Part shown: piece after piece, positions 1 through 12,891 of the stretch | Position numbering within the stretch: position 1 is the stretch's first letter | How the letters are laid out: each line of letters opens with the position of its first letter | DNA from: Takakia lepidozioides | Lineage: Eukaryota > Plantae > Bryophyta | Assembly (NCBI GenBank): GCA_030704615.1 | Contig: CM060731.1 | Location: 52,204,001-52,268,000, forward strand | Direction: 5' to 3' | Length of the DNA stretch: 64,000 bases | Made by a program: the position numbers and the translations under genes | The notes under the pieces: generated by a model | What the model was told of the DNA's origin: nothing | Database searches by the model: none | The model's input: the letters and a program-made list of their open reading frames with translations, nothing else

Positions 1-2756
1 ACCGGTGACTTGGTAGCAGCAACAGCAGTCGCAGGACCTTGAACAAAGTCGTCGTTCGAGTCACTCCCTTGGGTCCCCTCCTGCGCCTCCTCCGATGCCC
101 CGATGGTTTTCTGTTTTTTGGGTGTTACTGTACTCACCTGTTTCCTTGTCCTTTGCCTTTGGCCTTTATTCTTCTCATTCAATTTCTCCTGAATTCCTGC
201 CTGAGCAAGCTCTGCCGCTTTCCTGGAGTTCGCAAGCGCTTTTGCCTCTTTTGTACCCAGCGGAGGCAGCGGAGCCCGGTTTCGTCGGGCCTCAACATCC
301 AGCTTTAATTGAAACTCGGATGGGTCGAGCGAGCCGGGCGGAAGGTCCACATACCAAGGGCAATCATGCAAATGTTCCAGATGCCACTCCTTCACAATAT
401 CGTCAGTGTACATGGAGTCAGCCCCAGGGTTCCTCCATGCCAGGAAGAATGGTGGCTCGAAAGACAGATGACCTTTCTCCAAAAGGGAGAACTTGCAGTA
501 CCTGCATTCATGAAAAACACAATGAGGTCCCTGAATTGCAAATTCTGCACCATTTTCCCAGGTTGGGGCGGATCTGACTGGGCCTAGAAATGGAAAAATG
601 GCGCCGAATTTCGGTTTTCGGTGACTGCCACCCTAGGGACTTAGCCATCTTGGGAGCCCGGAAATGGAAATTCGGCGCCATTTTTCCTGGTTTGACCCGA
701 AAATGGCTAAGCTCCAAAACTGCCAGGGCCTAAAACTCGAAAAATGGCGCCGGATTTCGGTTTTTTGTGCCAGCCACCCTAGGGACTTAGCCATTTTCGG
801 AGCCCTGAACTGGAAATTCGGCGCCATTTTCCCTGGTCCGGCCCGAAAATGGCTAAGTCCCAGAACGGTAATAGGGCCTAGAACTGGAAAAATGGCGCCG
901 AATTTCCAGTTCAGGGCCAGCCACCCTAGGGACTTAGCCATTTTTGGAGCCCTGAACTGGAAATTCGGCGCCATTTTCCCATTTCCGGCCCGAAAATGGC
1001 TAAGTCCCAGAACGGTAATATGGCCTTGAACTGGAAAAATGGCGCCAAATTTCCAGTTCAGGGCCAGGCACCCTAGGGACTTAGCCATTTTCGGAGCCCT
1101 GAACTGGAAATTCGGCGCCATTTTCCCAAAGACCAATTTTCATGCGCCACATGAGGCCTCTAACATCCTGAAATGCAAGGACTTGAAAGGAAGGCATCGC
1201 GTATGTACCTGTTCAGAAGGCGCATTGCTGCTTTGTCCGCGTTCGGCTGGTCGGTGAACTCGTGGCTCCGGCGGGCATGGGGTATCTCCCGAAAGAATAG
1301 GTCGGTTTTGTAGAGCAGAAAGTACCTCGTCACATAGTCGCGTAGGCTCTCTGCTGCAGGAGAAATCTCCATCTTGAACTGATGTGCTTGTGTGTCCAGC
1401 TGCTCTTGCGCATTCATCGTCACCTGTGGAGATTCTCCATCAGATCGTTTTCCTCAAAAAATACAATGAATCCACCCCCTACAAGAGTAGAAACGCCAAA
1501 CGAAGCGTGGGGAAGTACCTGAAACCACCATGTCATGCGGTTCATCCACATGTCGAATGTGGGGTCAGACAGTTTGTCCGATTTGGGGAAGCTCCACATG
1601 TCCCTTGTACTTTGGGAACCATTCCAGATTTGGAGCCACCGGGTCTGTCCAACCACCCAGCATATTCGTAAGCGCCAAACACCACAAAAACGAGTTGTTG
1701 CCACCACAATTTGGTTAAGAATGTATCACCTTTTTTGTTGCATCCACACAGAATGTGGCTAGATGATGGAGCTTCTCCAATGTCATCGTGGGCTTCAGAG
1801 CGCGATAGTAGTGCTTCCCCACCTCCACCAGAAAGTCGGCACCAAGGGCGGGATCAGCTATGGCCACGTACTTTACCATCCGCGACTTGTACTTTATGCG
1901 GGCCCTGGCCTCCGCAGCTTTGAGATACGATTCGAGTGCCGGGAGGGTTAGATTCTTCTCCTCTGACTCCATATAGAACCTCCGCGCATGTGCCAAATCC
2001 TGCTGAATTTTCGTCTGTCAAGAATGCGCACATAAGATTAGAGATCCTGCTCAACACTTTTTCTTCTATTGGGGGAGGAGAGACACATTAGCTCAACAAA
2101 ACAGTGAGGAGCTTTACCCGAAATATGTAGTCCACCATGGCGTCCATGCTCAGCCTATACCAGGTTCTGTCTGCCTTTGCCTCCGACTTGCGCAGGAGGT
2201 CGGCACTGAGCGAATTGGCAAACTCTTGCACCCCCTGCTTCCCGACACTCGGAAGAGCATATGGGACAAGTTGGTGGCAATGAAGGCATTCTCAGTCACC
2301 CTGCAATGCCACATTTCCATCAAACAATATTGAAATGGGAATTTTCAACAAATATGAGGATTCGCAATGAAATGACTTACAATCGGATGGGTCCAAAAGC
2401 AAGAGGCGTTGTAACTTACGAGTTGATGTCCGCCATTGCAGCTTTGAGAAGACTGCGATCGTTGGGCCCCGCAACCTTCAGCACAACACACTCCACGGCG
2501 AAATGCCAATCGAGGTCGTTGGGGTGGGCTTCGGCTATGTGCTCCATCCATGCCAGGAGGCGATGATTGCCATCCCACACGTAAAACATCTTACCGGACA
2601 AGTGCTGGAAAAGAGGATCAATAGCAATCGTTCTCTCGAACTCATCATTTCACCTTTGCCAATGGGGACCCCATTTGTCCACCTCATCGGAAGTGTGGGC
2701 ACGGGAAGCTCCGTGGTCGTTCTCAATGGAAACGTAAAAGGCGGCAGACCCCATTC
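1..2756 (-). pseudogene. ParB/Srx-like gene (ParB-methyltransferase family), copy 1; spliced, 5' end lost, runs off the left edge
   Basis: Minus-strand exons match the gene at 15185-18721 in the same order: [35 protein letters not shown] (2756-2420), WLQIWN..DMWMNRMTWWFQ (~1640-1520), DLFFRE (~1420-1210), EWHLEHLHDCPWYVDLP (~500-330; copy 2 has DWGPDHLSACGWYLDCP). In-frame stop present. Confidence 0.8.
575..1128. repeat. 147 bp tandem repeat, about 4 units, each with an internal inverted repeat
   Basis: AAAAATGGCGCC recurs at 594, 740, 888, 1035; in the later units arms AAAATGGCGCCGAATTTCCAGTTCAGGGC / GCCCTGAACTGGAAATTCGGCGCCATTTT flank a ~30 nt loop. Confidence 0.9.
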
Positions 2757-5700
2757 GAAATTCAGGCATTACCTATTGGGAAGAAAGTTTATGTTTTATG
2801 TGGATCACCAGGCTCTAATATATCTGGTGAACAAACCTTTGATAAGTGGAAGGATAGCAAGGTGGTTAATAATCTTGCACGAGTTTGAGTTCGAAGTTGT
2901 TTACAAGCCTGGCCGTTTGCATCTTGTGGCAGATCATTTGTCACGCCTAACAACAGGAGAGCCCGCCACAGGAGTAGACGACCAATTACCTGATGTGAGT
3001 TTATTTGCAATGGAGGTGCAGGGAAGTGCAGATGAATGGTTAGATTGGCAGTGGCCAATCAGATACTACCTTACTCATGGTCAGTGCCCACCTAGTTATG
3101 GTAAGGAGCAGATGAAGAGAATCGTTATCAAGGCTTTACCTTATACTATGGTAGGGGGCAGAATGTATAAGCTAGGACCTGATGGAGTACTTAAACGATG
3201 CTTGTACCACCATGCAGTAAATAAAGTTTTGGAGGAAGTTCATAAAGGAGTGGTTGGAGGTCATTTTGGAGAAGAGACTACCAGTAGGAAGATACTACTT
3301 GCAGGTTATTGGTGGCCTACTTTGTTCAAAGATGTACACAAGTATTGTCAGAGTTGTGATGAATGTCAGAGGCTAGGACCTTTGCAGAGATCTGGGAAGA
3401 TGGCTTTGCATCCTACGATGCCTACTGAACCATATCAGAAATGGGGACTAGACTTTGTCGGACCAATTAACCCACCAGCCAAGAATACACAGAACAAGTA
3501 CATAATTACAGCCACTGATTATACTACGAAGTGGGTGGAAGCTACAGCTATGAGGGACAAATCAAAGCAAGGTTCCTGTATGAGAACATACTTACACGAT
3601 TTGGCTGTCCCCTGGAATTTATCAGTGACCAGTCACTTCATTAATGAGGCCATTGAACTATTGACTAAAGAGTTCATGGTTGTGCATAGGAAGAGTACAA
3701 CATATTACCCACAGGGTAATGGGCAGGCAGAGGCTGTACTATCTTGGCTAAGATAGTCAATGCAAACAGAACGGATTGGGATACAAAGCTGCTGACAGCT
3801 TTGTGGTCATACAAGACTTCATATAAAGTCACCACTAAGTATACACCATTCCAATTAGTTTATGGTATGGAAGCTTTACTTCCAGTGGAATTCTTGTTAC
3901 TACTACCATGAGAACTGAATGGGGAAAGATAATGGAATTGGAAGATTCAATTAAGGTCAGGAAACATGAATTATACCATGTGGAAGAAGTACGTGCTGAT
4001 GCAGCTGATAACATGACCAAATTTCAGATGAAGAGGAAGGAACAGTTTGATGAAGGCAAATTAAAGACTTTTAAGACGAGAGATTTGGTTCTCTGGTTGT
4101 AGAAGAAGGGGAAGATTAAAACTTCTAAGCTTAAATCACCATGGAAAGGACCTTATGTCATATAGAAGATGTATGATAACAACACCGCCATGTTACAAAC
4201 CATTAACAAAGAGATGCTGGGAAGAGTCAATGCCAATAAGTTGAAGGGGTACAGTGGTATCCATGACAAACCATTGCAACACGATTTGCATGTTGAAACG
4301 CAAAAGCAGTCACGAGCTGCGCCTGTGATACCAACGGAGTATGGAGCACTTGTCGTTAAGCCGAGCGTGTATGACCAAGGCGGGAAGTACAAGTGTCACA
4401 CAGCCTATCACAGCCCACCACAGTGCCACACAGCCTGTCACAGCCCAACACAGCCCATACAGATTACACAGTCCACAGGGTCAGTGTCAGGTGGACGCGA
4501 ATTAACGTTAGAAAAGTGGCCATGGAGTGAAGAGGAAGTTTGGAAGTCAAACTTGGAGAATATGCCATGCGGAGAGGGGAAGTCGGGGGCATGTTTAGAA
4601 ACGGACACGTGGCCACTAAGGCGTGGCACACCGCACTGCATCAATTGCAAAAAAAAATCTCATTATGCAAACGGACAAATCGGGCCGTCAAAGTACCTAC
4701 CCGGTACAGCAACTAATACTAATTGTGGGCCCATTAATGCATTCAGTGTAAGGGTAATGGAACCTTTTCCGAGTAAAAAAAAAAAGAAACCTATGCCACA
4801 TGTGTTGTCCTACTGGACATTCCAGGTGGGAATGTCCATGGAGGGGGGTGGAATTAAGAAATTACCTAAGCAGTCCACAGCCAATCAGGAGTGCGAATTA
4901 CATGCAGGTGGTTCCCTCCAAGAAACAAGAACAAGAAATAGGAAGTGTTATGAGCGGAAGAGTCGGGGTAGCTCTGAATAGCCAAGGTCTCGACGGAAGG
5001 GGCAATCAAAGCACTTGTTTTGTAGCTATGGCAGATGTAACGGATTACACACTCGCTTTACTTCTCACGCAGTGGCGCAAGGACGGAAGCATTGAGAGTA
5101 CATTTTCTCTCACTCGATACTTGCAAGCCCCACAGGCTTACACGCACTTACCTCTTCCATTCTGTGCCAACCATACCTTCATGCTCTGTGCCCTGCAAGC
5201 TTTCCTTCAGCTGTTTCAAACAAAGCCTTTTTGTTTGTCTAGAATGAAGAGAGTGAGGGGAATGGAGGATATCAGGGTGAACAGCACCACGATTCTGCAG
5301 AAGCAAACAATTGCAGCACCGCAGGCAGTACAACTGCTAAGGGAGTTGCGATTGGAGGGGCTACGCAAGGACTGGTCCTTGCATCATCGGCAGTATATGA
5401 TTCAATTTCTTCAGAATTTTGAGCCTCGGACGGGAGTTACTCAGGTGAGGGGATTAGATATAGAAATTACTCCCCAGTACCTGCAACAATTGTTTGATTT
5501 GCCATCAGGTCATGTGGATATGGATGAGCACAAGACAAGATTGCAGATAGGGAATTTGTTTCAAGAAGGGAGTTTCTTTACAACTCAAGGTTACGCTTGT
5601 ACCAAAGCCGAGTACCCAGGGCTTAGGGAAGTTGGCCAAATATTGAACGTTCTGTTTGCCATGAAACAGAACCAACAGTATTTGAGCAGGTCATTCACAG

Positions 5701-7543
5701 TGGAGATCCTGAAAGCTTTGAGGGGAGAGGATGTCGCTTGGGCGGAGTTAATGTACAATGGACTGGTGGACGAGATGAAGAGGTTACAGGGCACTGCTGC
5801 TAGTCTCCGATCATTGTGTCTGGTCCAATTATTGCCCAAATCATTCTTGATTCTTGCATACTTGATACTCGGGAACGTAAGGAGATGGGAGTGTTTGAGG
5901 CAGAAACCACTGCAATTGAAGAGCAAGGCTCTTCACATAGTGAGGGTGGATTGGCAGGGAAACACCAGTCTAAGAGACAGAGGCGGGGTATGACTGTAGT
6001 GGCGGATCCATTGGCTTCATGGAAACCGCACGATGATGTTTCCCAAGCTCTTGTGCAGGATGGGGCACAACAGCACAGAAGGCTGTTATTATTGGAAGCA
6101 CGGCCTTCGGAGAGGGAAGAGGAAGTCAATTCGATACCATAGTCACCACAACCAATTGACTTAGTTGTTTTAGAGGTTCCACAGTTAGTACATGCTATGA
6201 CATCACCCCCAATTGCTCTGGAAGGAGAAAGGTTGGACATTCCCACTACAGAGCAGGTCGTGGCCGAAATTGAGAAGGGTGATCTTCTCTATGAAAACTC
6301 TGGCTTGGTAAGGGAATCAGTGATTCCAGAGGTGCAGCGGTTGTCAAGGGAAAACCCTGTTGTGCATGTAATACCCACACCTGTGACGGAGGTACCAGGG
6401 GTAGAATATCAGGACACTACAGCACCTGTGGAGGATGAGTTGGTTCAGGAAGAGAATCTGGTGGGGCAATGGCCTGAATGGTTGGTGAGGCATCACACTG
6501 TGGAGGATCAGGGAGAACAGCAGCAAGTTCACCATGATGACCCTCAGCAGGCCATGCTTATGAGTTCCATAAGCCAAACACTTAATTTGTTGGGTACTTA
6601 TGTGAAATCCCATGTTCCATCTACCCAATTGGCAGCTTTGAGGGAGGAACTCAGGAAGGAGTTTGAGGCTCGAATTGCCACTGAGTGTGCTAACAAGGTA
6701 GATGAGGAGGTCAATCTCAAGTTACAGCAAGAGTTGGAGGACACAAAGCCTGCTTTGCAGTTGGCCAAGGGACATTTGATTGAAGCAGGCCTCGAGCATG
6801 ACCAGTTACATGAAGCACATAAGCAATAGTTCTACCAAATGCAGGTGAAGCATGAGGGCAAGTTGCAAGAAGTGAATGTACTACATACAGAGTTGCAGGC
6901 AGTACATGAGAAGATGACCATACAATGTGCTACACTCACAAATACTCTTGAGCAAACTGCATTAGAAGTTAACAGACAAGGGGAGAGATGTATGAAGGCA
7001 GAAACAGAGATAATAGAGCAAGCGAAACTCATTGTTGATATGAAGAATACAATCTGTTGCAATGAGAATACTTTCAAACAATACAGACAGGTTGAGGCTG
7101 ACCAGGAGAGGTACATCCTGGAGTTGCAACAAACAGTCATGGTCAATAGAAATGAACTCTCTGTGGCTAACAAGGCTTGGAAGGAGGCCAATAATCTGGC
7201 TGCTGCCTATGCGAGTCTTGTTGAACCTCATGCAAAGCGCATGGAGGCTTTACAGTAGCAGTTAGATGTGTACAGACTCACGGAGGAGCAGACTCTCAAG
7301 GGTGCCACACACGGCTTGGCGGATAACCACCTTATGCAGGTCTGGTTAGTACAAGGGCCAGTGGAAGGCAAAGCACCACGCAAGCTCACCCAGGACGAGA
7401 TGAATGAGCTCAGACTGCAGGTGCAGAACATTGCCACAATTACTATAGACAATGTCTATAGTAGGATAGCGGAGCTACAGGAGGATGTAGAAGGCCTACA
7501 GACTCAGGTGGATGACCTGAGTTCAAACATTGACAATAGAGTC
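2757..7543 (+). mobile_element. Ty3/gypsy internal fragment (family A): end of RNase H, integrase, 3' accessory ORF; no LTRs
   Basis: [20 protein letters not shown], integrase HHCC (H..GGHFG..CQSCDEC) and KWGLDFVGP; closely matches 63185-64000 and the reverse complement of 49740-53572; stops and frameshifts. Confidence 0.93.
5244..7543 (+). pseudogene. 3' accessory ORF of gypsy family A (plant transposon-protein-like N-terminus plus long coiled coil), disrupted
   Basis: MKRVRGMEDIRV..TQVRGLDIEITPQYLQQLFDLPSG then Q/E/L-rich heptads; homologous to 52200-48787 (-); split by frameshifts and TAG stops. Confidence 0.75.
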
Positions 7544-10296
7544 CCTTTGATTTCCACGTGCCATTGTCGCCACGTGGCCTATCCCACTTTTTTTCCGGTC
7601 GGAAGGAGTCACCTTCCCGCCAGGTCTTCTTGTGGTTCAGCTCCGTATGGCCTTATCTTTCACCCCTAGGGACATCTGAGAAACATTCAGCCCTCTCAAT
7701 TGCCTCGTTCAAAGTCTTAGGTGGCTCTCCTCCAAACTTCCGCCTGGCCCATGGGCCAGTCCCACCACAAGTTGAAGACCATTTCCGTTCTGCCATGTCC
7801 GCGACTTCCAGCAAAAGCACATTGAAAGCCTGGACATACCCCCGAATGTCGTCTATTTGCTTCAAATTCCTCATCTTGTCCCGGGCAAGCCAGGACGCGT
7901 TGAGAGGCACAAACTGTCTCTTCATCAATTCCTTGAACCCACTCCAGTTCAAGGTTTCCGGGCTTGGACCTCGGTCGTGAAGGCGTTTCTGCCACCATTG
8001 TTGAGCATAGCCCCTCAAATAGGTGGGAGCCACTTCCACCCGATCTTCGTCACTCAACTTGGCCGCCCGGAAGTACTGCTCTAGCTCCAGAGCCAGGTGT
8101 TGAGCGCCTTCCGATTTCGGACGCCCTCGAAGGGTCGGGTTCCTTAGGCTTCACCTTAAACTTTGCCTTAGTGGAAGTGGCATTAGCCGCCTTCACACGT
8201 CTTTCAGCGTCCCGCCAAACTGCGCCAACAACCCTTCCCAAAAGGCTGCCGGCATGGGGGCATCTGTCGGTCGGTCGGAGCTCTCGGGGATTCCTCGGGC
8301 TCCGACTCCTCGGATTCCTTCCGCTCTTGAGCGGCCTCGTTTTCGAAAACATGCATCGCTTCCTCAAACGGCCGCCTCGGTGACACGTCGCCCCCATCAG
8401 GCTCACCAGATCATCATCTTTTGGGCCGTTCCGCTTTCGCTTTGGCTTGCCCGACCCCATGATGAGGCCAATCCCAAGGACGATCACGTACTGAACTCTA
8501 AGCTCTGATACCAAGTGTCGCGCACCTCACTTCGGTAAGCTCCCCTTCAAGTCACTCGCTTTGATGCGCGCGCCTAACTCCCAACCTGGCCGCTGGCCAA
8601 CTTGGAGCTTCGGCTGCTCACCGGGGCATAACGGTCCCCCTTCGATCTCCCAAAGAACCCTCCACCGATTTGGGCCCAGCAGGAATTCCCTTTGGTAGTT
8701 GGCAGTCCGGAACAGTTAAGGCGCCAGTTTCCTGATACAACTCACAAGAAAATTTGCCCTACCTTGCAAGTCCTGGTGACCACCGCTTCACCAAGCGACT
8801 GATGGTATCTTCCGACAGCTCCGTGGTCGCCCGAGTCATGTTCAATTGCCGGGGCTTCGTGCACTTCTTGGCCATGTGCCCGGGCTCCCCGCAATTGAAA
8901 CATACTCATCAAAGGTCGCCTTTTGTCCGCCATAAGCCGCTCCACCCGCTTTTCCTTTCGAAGCACCGGGTGTCGCCTTGACGTGTGAAGGCCCTCCCTC
9001 GATTTCCACGTGCCATTTTCGCCGCGTGGCCTATCCCACTTCTTTTCCGGTTGGAAGGAGTCACCTTCCCGCCGAATCTTCTTGTGGTTGAGCTCCGTAC
9101 GGGCCTTGTCTTTCACCCCTAGGGACATCTGAGAAACATTCAGCCCTCTCAATAGCCTCGTTCAAAGTCTTGGGTGGTTTTCTCCTCCAACTTCCGCCTG
9201 GCCCATGGGGCCAGTCCCGCCACAAAGTTGAAGACCATTTCTGGTTCTGCCATGTCCGGGACTTCGAGCAACAGCACATTGAAGCCTGGACATACCCCCG
9301 AATGTCGTCTGTTTGCTTCAAATTCCTCATCTTGTCCCGGGCAAGCCAGGACGCGTTGAGGGGCACAAACTGTCTCTCATCAATTCCTTGAACCCACTCC
9401 AGTTCAAGGTTTCCGGGCTTGGACCTCGGTCGTGAGGCGTTTCTGCCACCATTGTTGAGCATAGCCCTCAAATAGGTGGGAGCCACTTCCACCCGATCTT
9501 CGTCACTCAACTTGGCCGCCCGGAAGTACTGCTCTAGCTCCAGGAGCCAGGTGTTGAGCGCCTTCCGATTTCGGACGCCCTCGAAGGTGTCGGGTTCCTT
9601 AGGCTCACCTTAAACTTTGCCTTAGTGGAAGTGGCATTAGCCGCCTTCAACACGTCTTTCAGCGTCCCGCCAAACTGCGCCAACAACCTTCCCAAAAGGC
9701 TGCCGGCATGGGAGGCATCTGTTGGTCGGTCGGAGCTCTCGGGGATTCCTCGGGCTCCGACTCCTCGGATTCCTTCCGCTCTTGAGCGGCCTCGTTTTCG
9801 AAAACATGCATCGCTTCCTCAAACGGCCGCCTCGGTGACACGTCGCCCCCATCAGGCTCACCAGGATCATCATCTTTTGGGCCGTTCCGCTTTCGCTTTG
9901 GCTTGCCCGACCCCATGATGAGGCCAATCCCAAGGACGATCACGTACTGAACTCTAAGCTCTGATACCAAGTGTCGCGCACCTCACTTCGGTAAGCTCCC
10001 CTTCAAGTCACTCGCTTTGATGCGCGCGCCTAACTCCCAACCTGGCCGCTGGCCAACTTGGAGCTTCGGCTGCTCACCGGGGCATAACGGTCCCCTTCGA
10101 TCTCCCAAAGAACCCTCCACCGATTTGGGCCCAGCAGGAATTCCCTTTGGTAGTTGGCAGTCCGGAACAGTTAAGGCGCCAGTTTCCTGATACAACTCAC
10201 AAGAAAATTTGCCTACCTTGCAAGTCCTGGTGACCACCGCTTCCACCAAGCGACTGATGGTATCTTCCGACAGCTCCGTGGTCGCCCGAGTCATGT

Positions 10297-11403
10297 TCAA
10301 TTGCCGGGGCTTCGTGCACTTCTTGGCCATGTGCCCGGGCTCCCCGCAATTGAAACATACTCCATCAAAGGTCGCCTTTTGTCCGCCATAAGCCGCTCCA
10401 CCCGCTTTCCTTTCGAAGCACCGGGTGTCGCCTTGACGTGTGAAGGCCCTCCCTTCGATTTCCACGTGCCATTTTCGCCGCGTGGCCTATCCCACTTCTT
10501 TTCCGGTTGGAAGGAGTCACCTTCCCGCCGAATCTTCTTGTGGTTTAGCTCCGTACGGCCTTGTCTTTCACCCCTAGGGACATCTGAGAAACATTCAGCC
10601 CTCTCAATAGCCTCGTTCAAAGTCTTGGGTGGTTTCTCCTCCAACTTCCGCCTGGCCCATGGGGCCAGTCCCGCCACAAAGTTGAAGACCATTTCTGGTT
10701 CTGCCATGTCCGGGACTTCGAGCAACAGCACATTGAAAGCCTGGACATACCCCCGAATGTCGTCTGTTTGCTTCAAATTCCTCATCTTGTCCCGGGCAAG
10801 CCAGGACGCGTTGAGGGGCACAAACTGTCTCTTCATCAATTCCTTGAACCCACTCCAGTTCAAGGTTTCCGGGCTTGGACCTCGGTCGTGAAGGCGTTTC
10901 TGCCACCATTGTTGAGCATAGCCCCTCAAATAGGTGGGAGCCACTTCCACCCGATCTTCGTCACTCAACTTGGCCGCCCGGAAGTACTGCTCTAGCTCCA
11001 GGAGCCAGGTGTTGAGCGCCTTCCGATTTCGGACGCCCTCGAAGGTGTCGGGTTCCTTAGGCTTCACCTTAAACTTTGCCTTAGTGGAAGTGGCATTAGC
11101 CGCCTTCAACACGTCTTTCAGCGTCCCGCCAAACTGCGCCAACAACCCTTCCCAAAAGGCTGCCGGCATGGGAGGCATCTGTTGGTCGGTCGGAGCTCTC
11201 GGGGATTCCTCGGGCTCCGACTCCTCGGATTCCTTCCGCTCTTGAGCGGCCTCGTTTTCAAAAACATGCATCGCTTCCTCAAACGGCCGCCTCGGTGACA
11301 CGTCGCCCCCATCAGGCTCACCAGGATCATCATCTTTTGGGCCGTTCCGCTTTCGCTTTGGCTTGCCCGACCCCATGATGAGGCCAATCCCAAGGACGAT
11401 CAC
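10297..11403 (-). CDS. Retrotransposon Gag (best-preserved unit of the array); zinc knuckle in a shifted frame
   Basis: 368 aa ORF with Ty3/gypsy capsid-like motifs; CX2CX4HX4C lies in overlapping ORF 9983-10465 after a 1-nt indel. Confidence 0.8.
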   Translation of the reverse strand: MIVLGIGLIMGSGKPKRKRNGPKDDDPGEPDGGDVSPRRPFEEAMHVFENEAAQERKESEESEPEESPRAPTDQQMPPMPAAFWEGLLAQFGGTLKDVLKAANATSTKAKFKVKPKEPDTFEGVRNRKALNTWLLELEQYFRAAKLSDEDRVEVAPTYLRGYAQQWWQKRLHDRGPSPETLNWSGFKELMKRQFVPLNASWLARDKMRNLKQTDDIRGYVQAFNVLLLEVPDMAEPEMVFNFVAGLAPWARRKLEEKPPKTLNEAIERAECFSDVPRGERQGRTELNHKKIRREGDSFQPEKKWDRPRGENGTWKSKGGPSHVKATPGASKGKRVERLMADKRRPLMEYVSIAGSPGTWPRSARSPGN

Positions 11404-12877
11404 GTACTAAACTCTAAGCTCTGATACCAAGTGTCGCGCACCTCACTTCGGTAAGCTCCCCTTCAAGTCACTCGCTTTGATGCGCGCGCCTAACTCCCAA
11501 CCTGGCCGCTGGCCAACTTGGAGCTTCGGCTGCTCACCGGGGCATAACGGTCCCCCTTCGATCTCCCAAAGAACCTCCACCGATTTGGGCCCAGCAGGAA
11601 TTCCCTTTGGTAGTTGGCAGTCCGGAACAGTTAAGGCGCCAGTTTCCTGATACAACTCACAAGAAAATTTGCCTACCTTGCAAGTCCTGGTGACCACCGC
11701 TTCCACCAAGCGACTGATGGTATCTTCCGACAGCTCCGTGGTCGCCCGAGTCATGTTCAATTGCCGGGGCTTCGTGCACTTCTTGGCCATGTGCCCGGGC
11801 TCCCCGCAATTGAAACATACTCCATCAAAGGTCGCCTTTTGTCCGCCATAAGCCGCTCCACCCGCTTTTCCTTTCGAAGCACCGGGTGTCGCCTTGACGT
11901 GTGAAGGCCCTCCCTTCGATTTCCACGTGCCATTTTCGCCGCGTGGCCTATCCCACTTCTTTTCCGGTTGGAAGGAGTCACCTTCCCGCCGAATCTTCTT
12001 GTGGTTTAGCTCCGTACGGCCTTGTCTTTCACCCCTAGGGACATCTGAGAAACATTCAGCCCTCTCAATAGCCTCGTTCAAAGTCTTGGGTGGTTTCTCC
12101 TCCAACTTCCGCCTGGCCCATGGGGCCAGTCCCGCCACAAAGTTGAAGACCATTTCTGGTTCTGCCATGTCCGGGACTTCGAGCAACAGCACATTGAAAG
12201 CCTGGACATACCCCGAATGTCGTCTGTTTGCTTCAAATTCCTCATCTTGTCCCGGGCAAGCCAGGACGCGTTGAGGGGCACAAACTGTCTCTTCATCAAT
12301 TCCTTGAACCCACTCCAGTTCAAGGTTTCCGGGCTTGGACCTCGGTCGTGAAGGCGTTTCTGCCACCATTGTTGAGCATAGCCCCTCAAATAGGTGGGAG
12401 CCACTTCCACCCGAATTTCGTCACTCAACTTGGCCGCCCGGAAGTACTGCTCTAGCTCCAGGAGCCAGGTGTTGAGCGCCTTCCGATTTCGGACGCCCTC
12501 GAAGGTGTCGGGTTCCTTAGGCTTCACCTTAAACTTTGCCTTAGTGGAAGTGGCATTAGCCGCCTTCAACACGTCTTTCAGCGTCCCGCCAAACTGCGCC
12601 AACAACCCTTCCCAAAAGGCTGCCGGCATGGGAGGCATCTGTTGGTCGGTCGGAGCTCTCGGGGATTCCTCGGGCTCCGACTCCTCGGATTCCTTCCGCT
12701 CTTGAGCGGCCTCGTTTTCGGAAACATGCATCGCTTCCTCAAACGGCCGCCTCGGTGACACGTCGCCCCCATCTGGCTCACCAGGATCATCATCTTTTGG
12801 GCCGTTCCGCTTTCGCTTCGGCTTGCCCGACCCCATGATGAGGCCAATCCCAAGGACGATCGCGTACTGAACTCTAA

Positions 12878-12889
12878 GCTCTGATACCA
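12878..12889 (-). promoter_or_regulatory. Primer binding site, tRNA-iMet
   Basis: TGGTATCAGAGC two bases after the LTR end TGACA on the minus strand. Confidence 0.92.
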
Positions 12890-12891
12890 AG

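Larger units (their letters stand above)
7544..12891 (-). repeat. Head-to-tail array of a ~1460 bp unit (3' ~200 bp of LTR + PBS + gag) of LTR family B; about 3.7 units
   Basis: PBS reverse complement GCTCTGATACCA at 8502, 9958, 11418, 12878 (spacing 1456, 1460, 1460); each full unit encodes gag (KPKEPDTFEG..WLLELEQYF..YAQQWW) and a zinc knuckle CFNCGEPGHMAKKC. Confidence 0.95.

Noticed and set aside
508-1257. Repetitive ORFs (KMAPNFQFRA)n on both strands
   Set aside because: Artefact of a 147 bp (49-codon) palindromic repeat in an intron.
2503-3756. 417 aa ORF as a novel fusion protein
   Set aside because: Chance read-through from the antisense of the ParB gene into RNase H at the 2757 junction.
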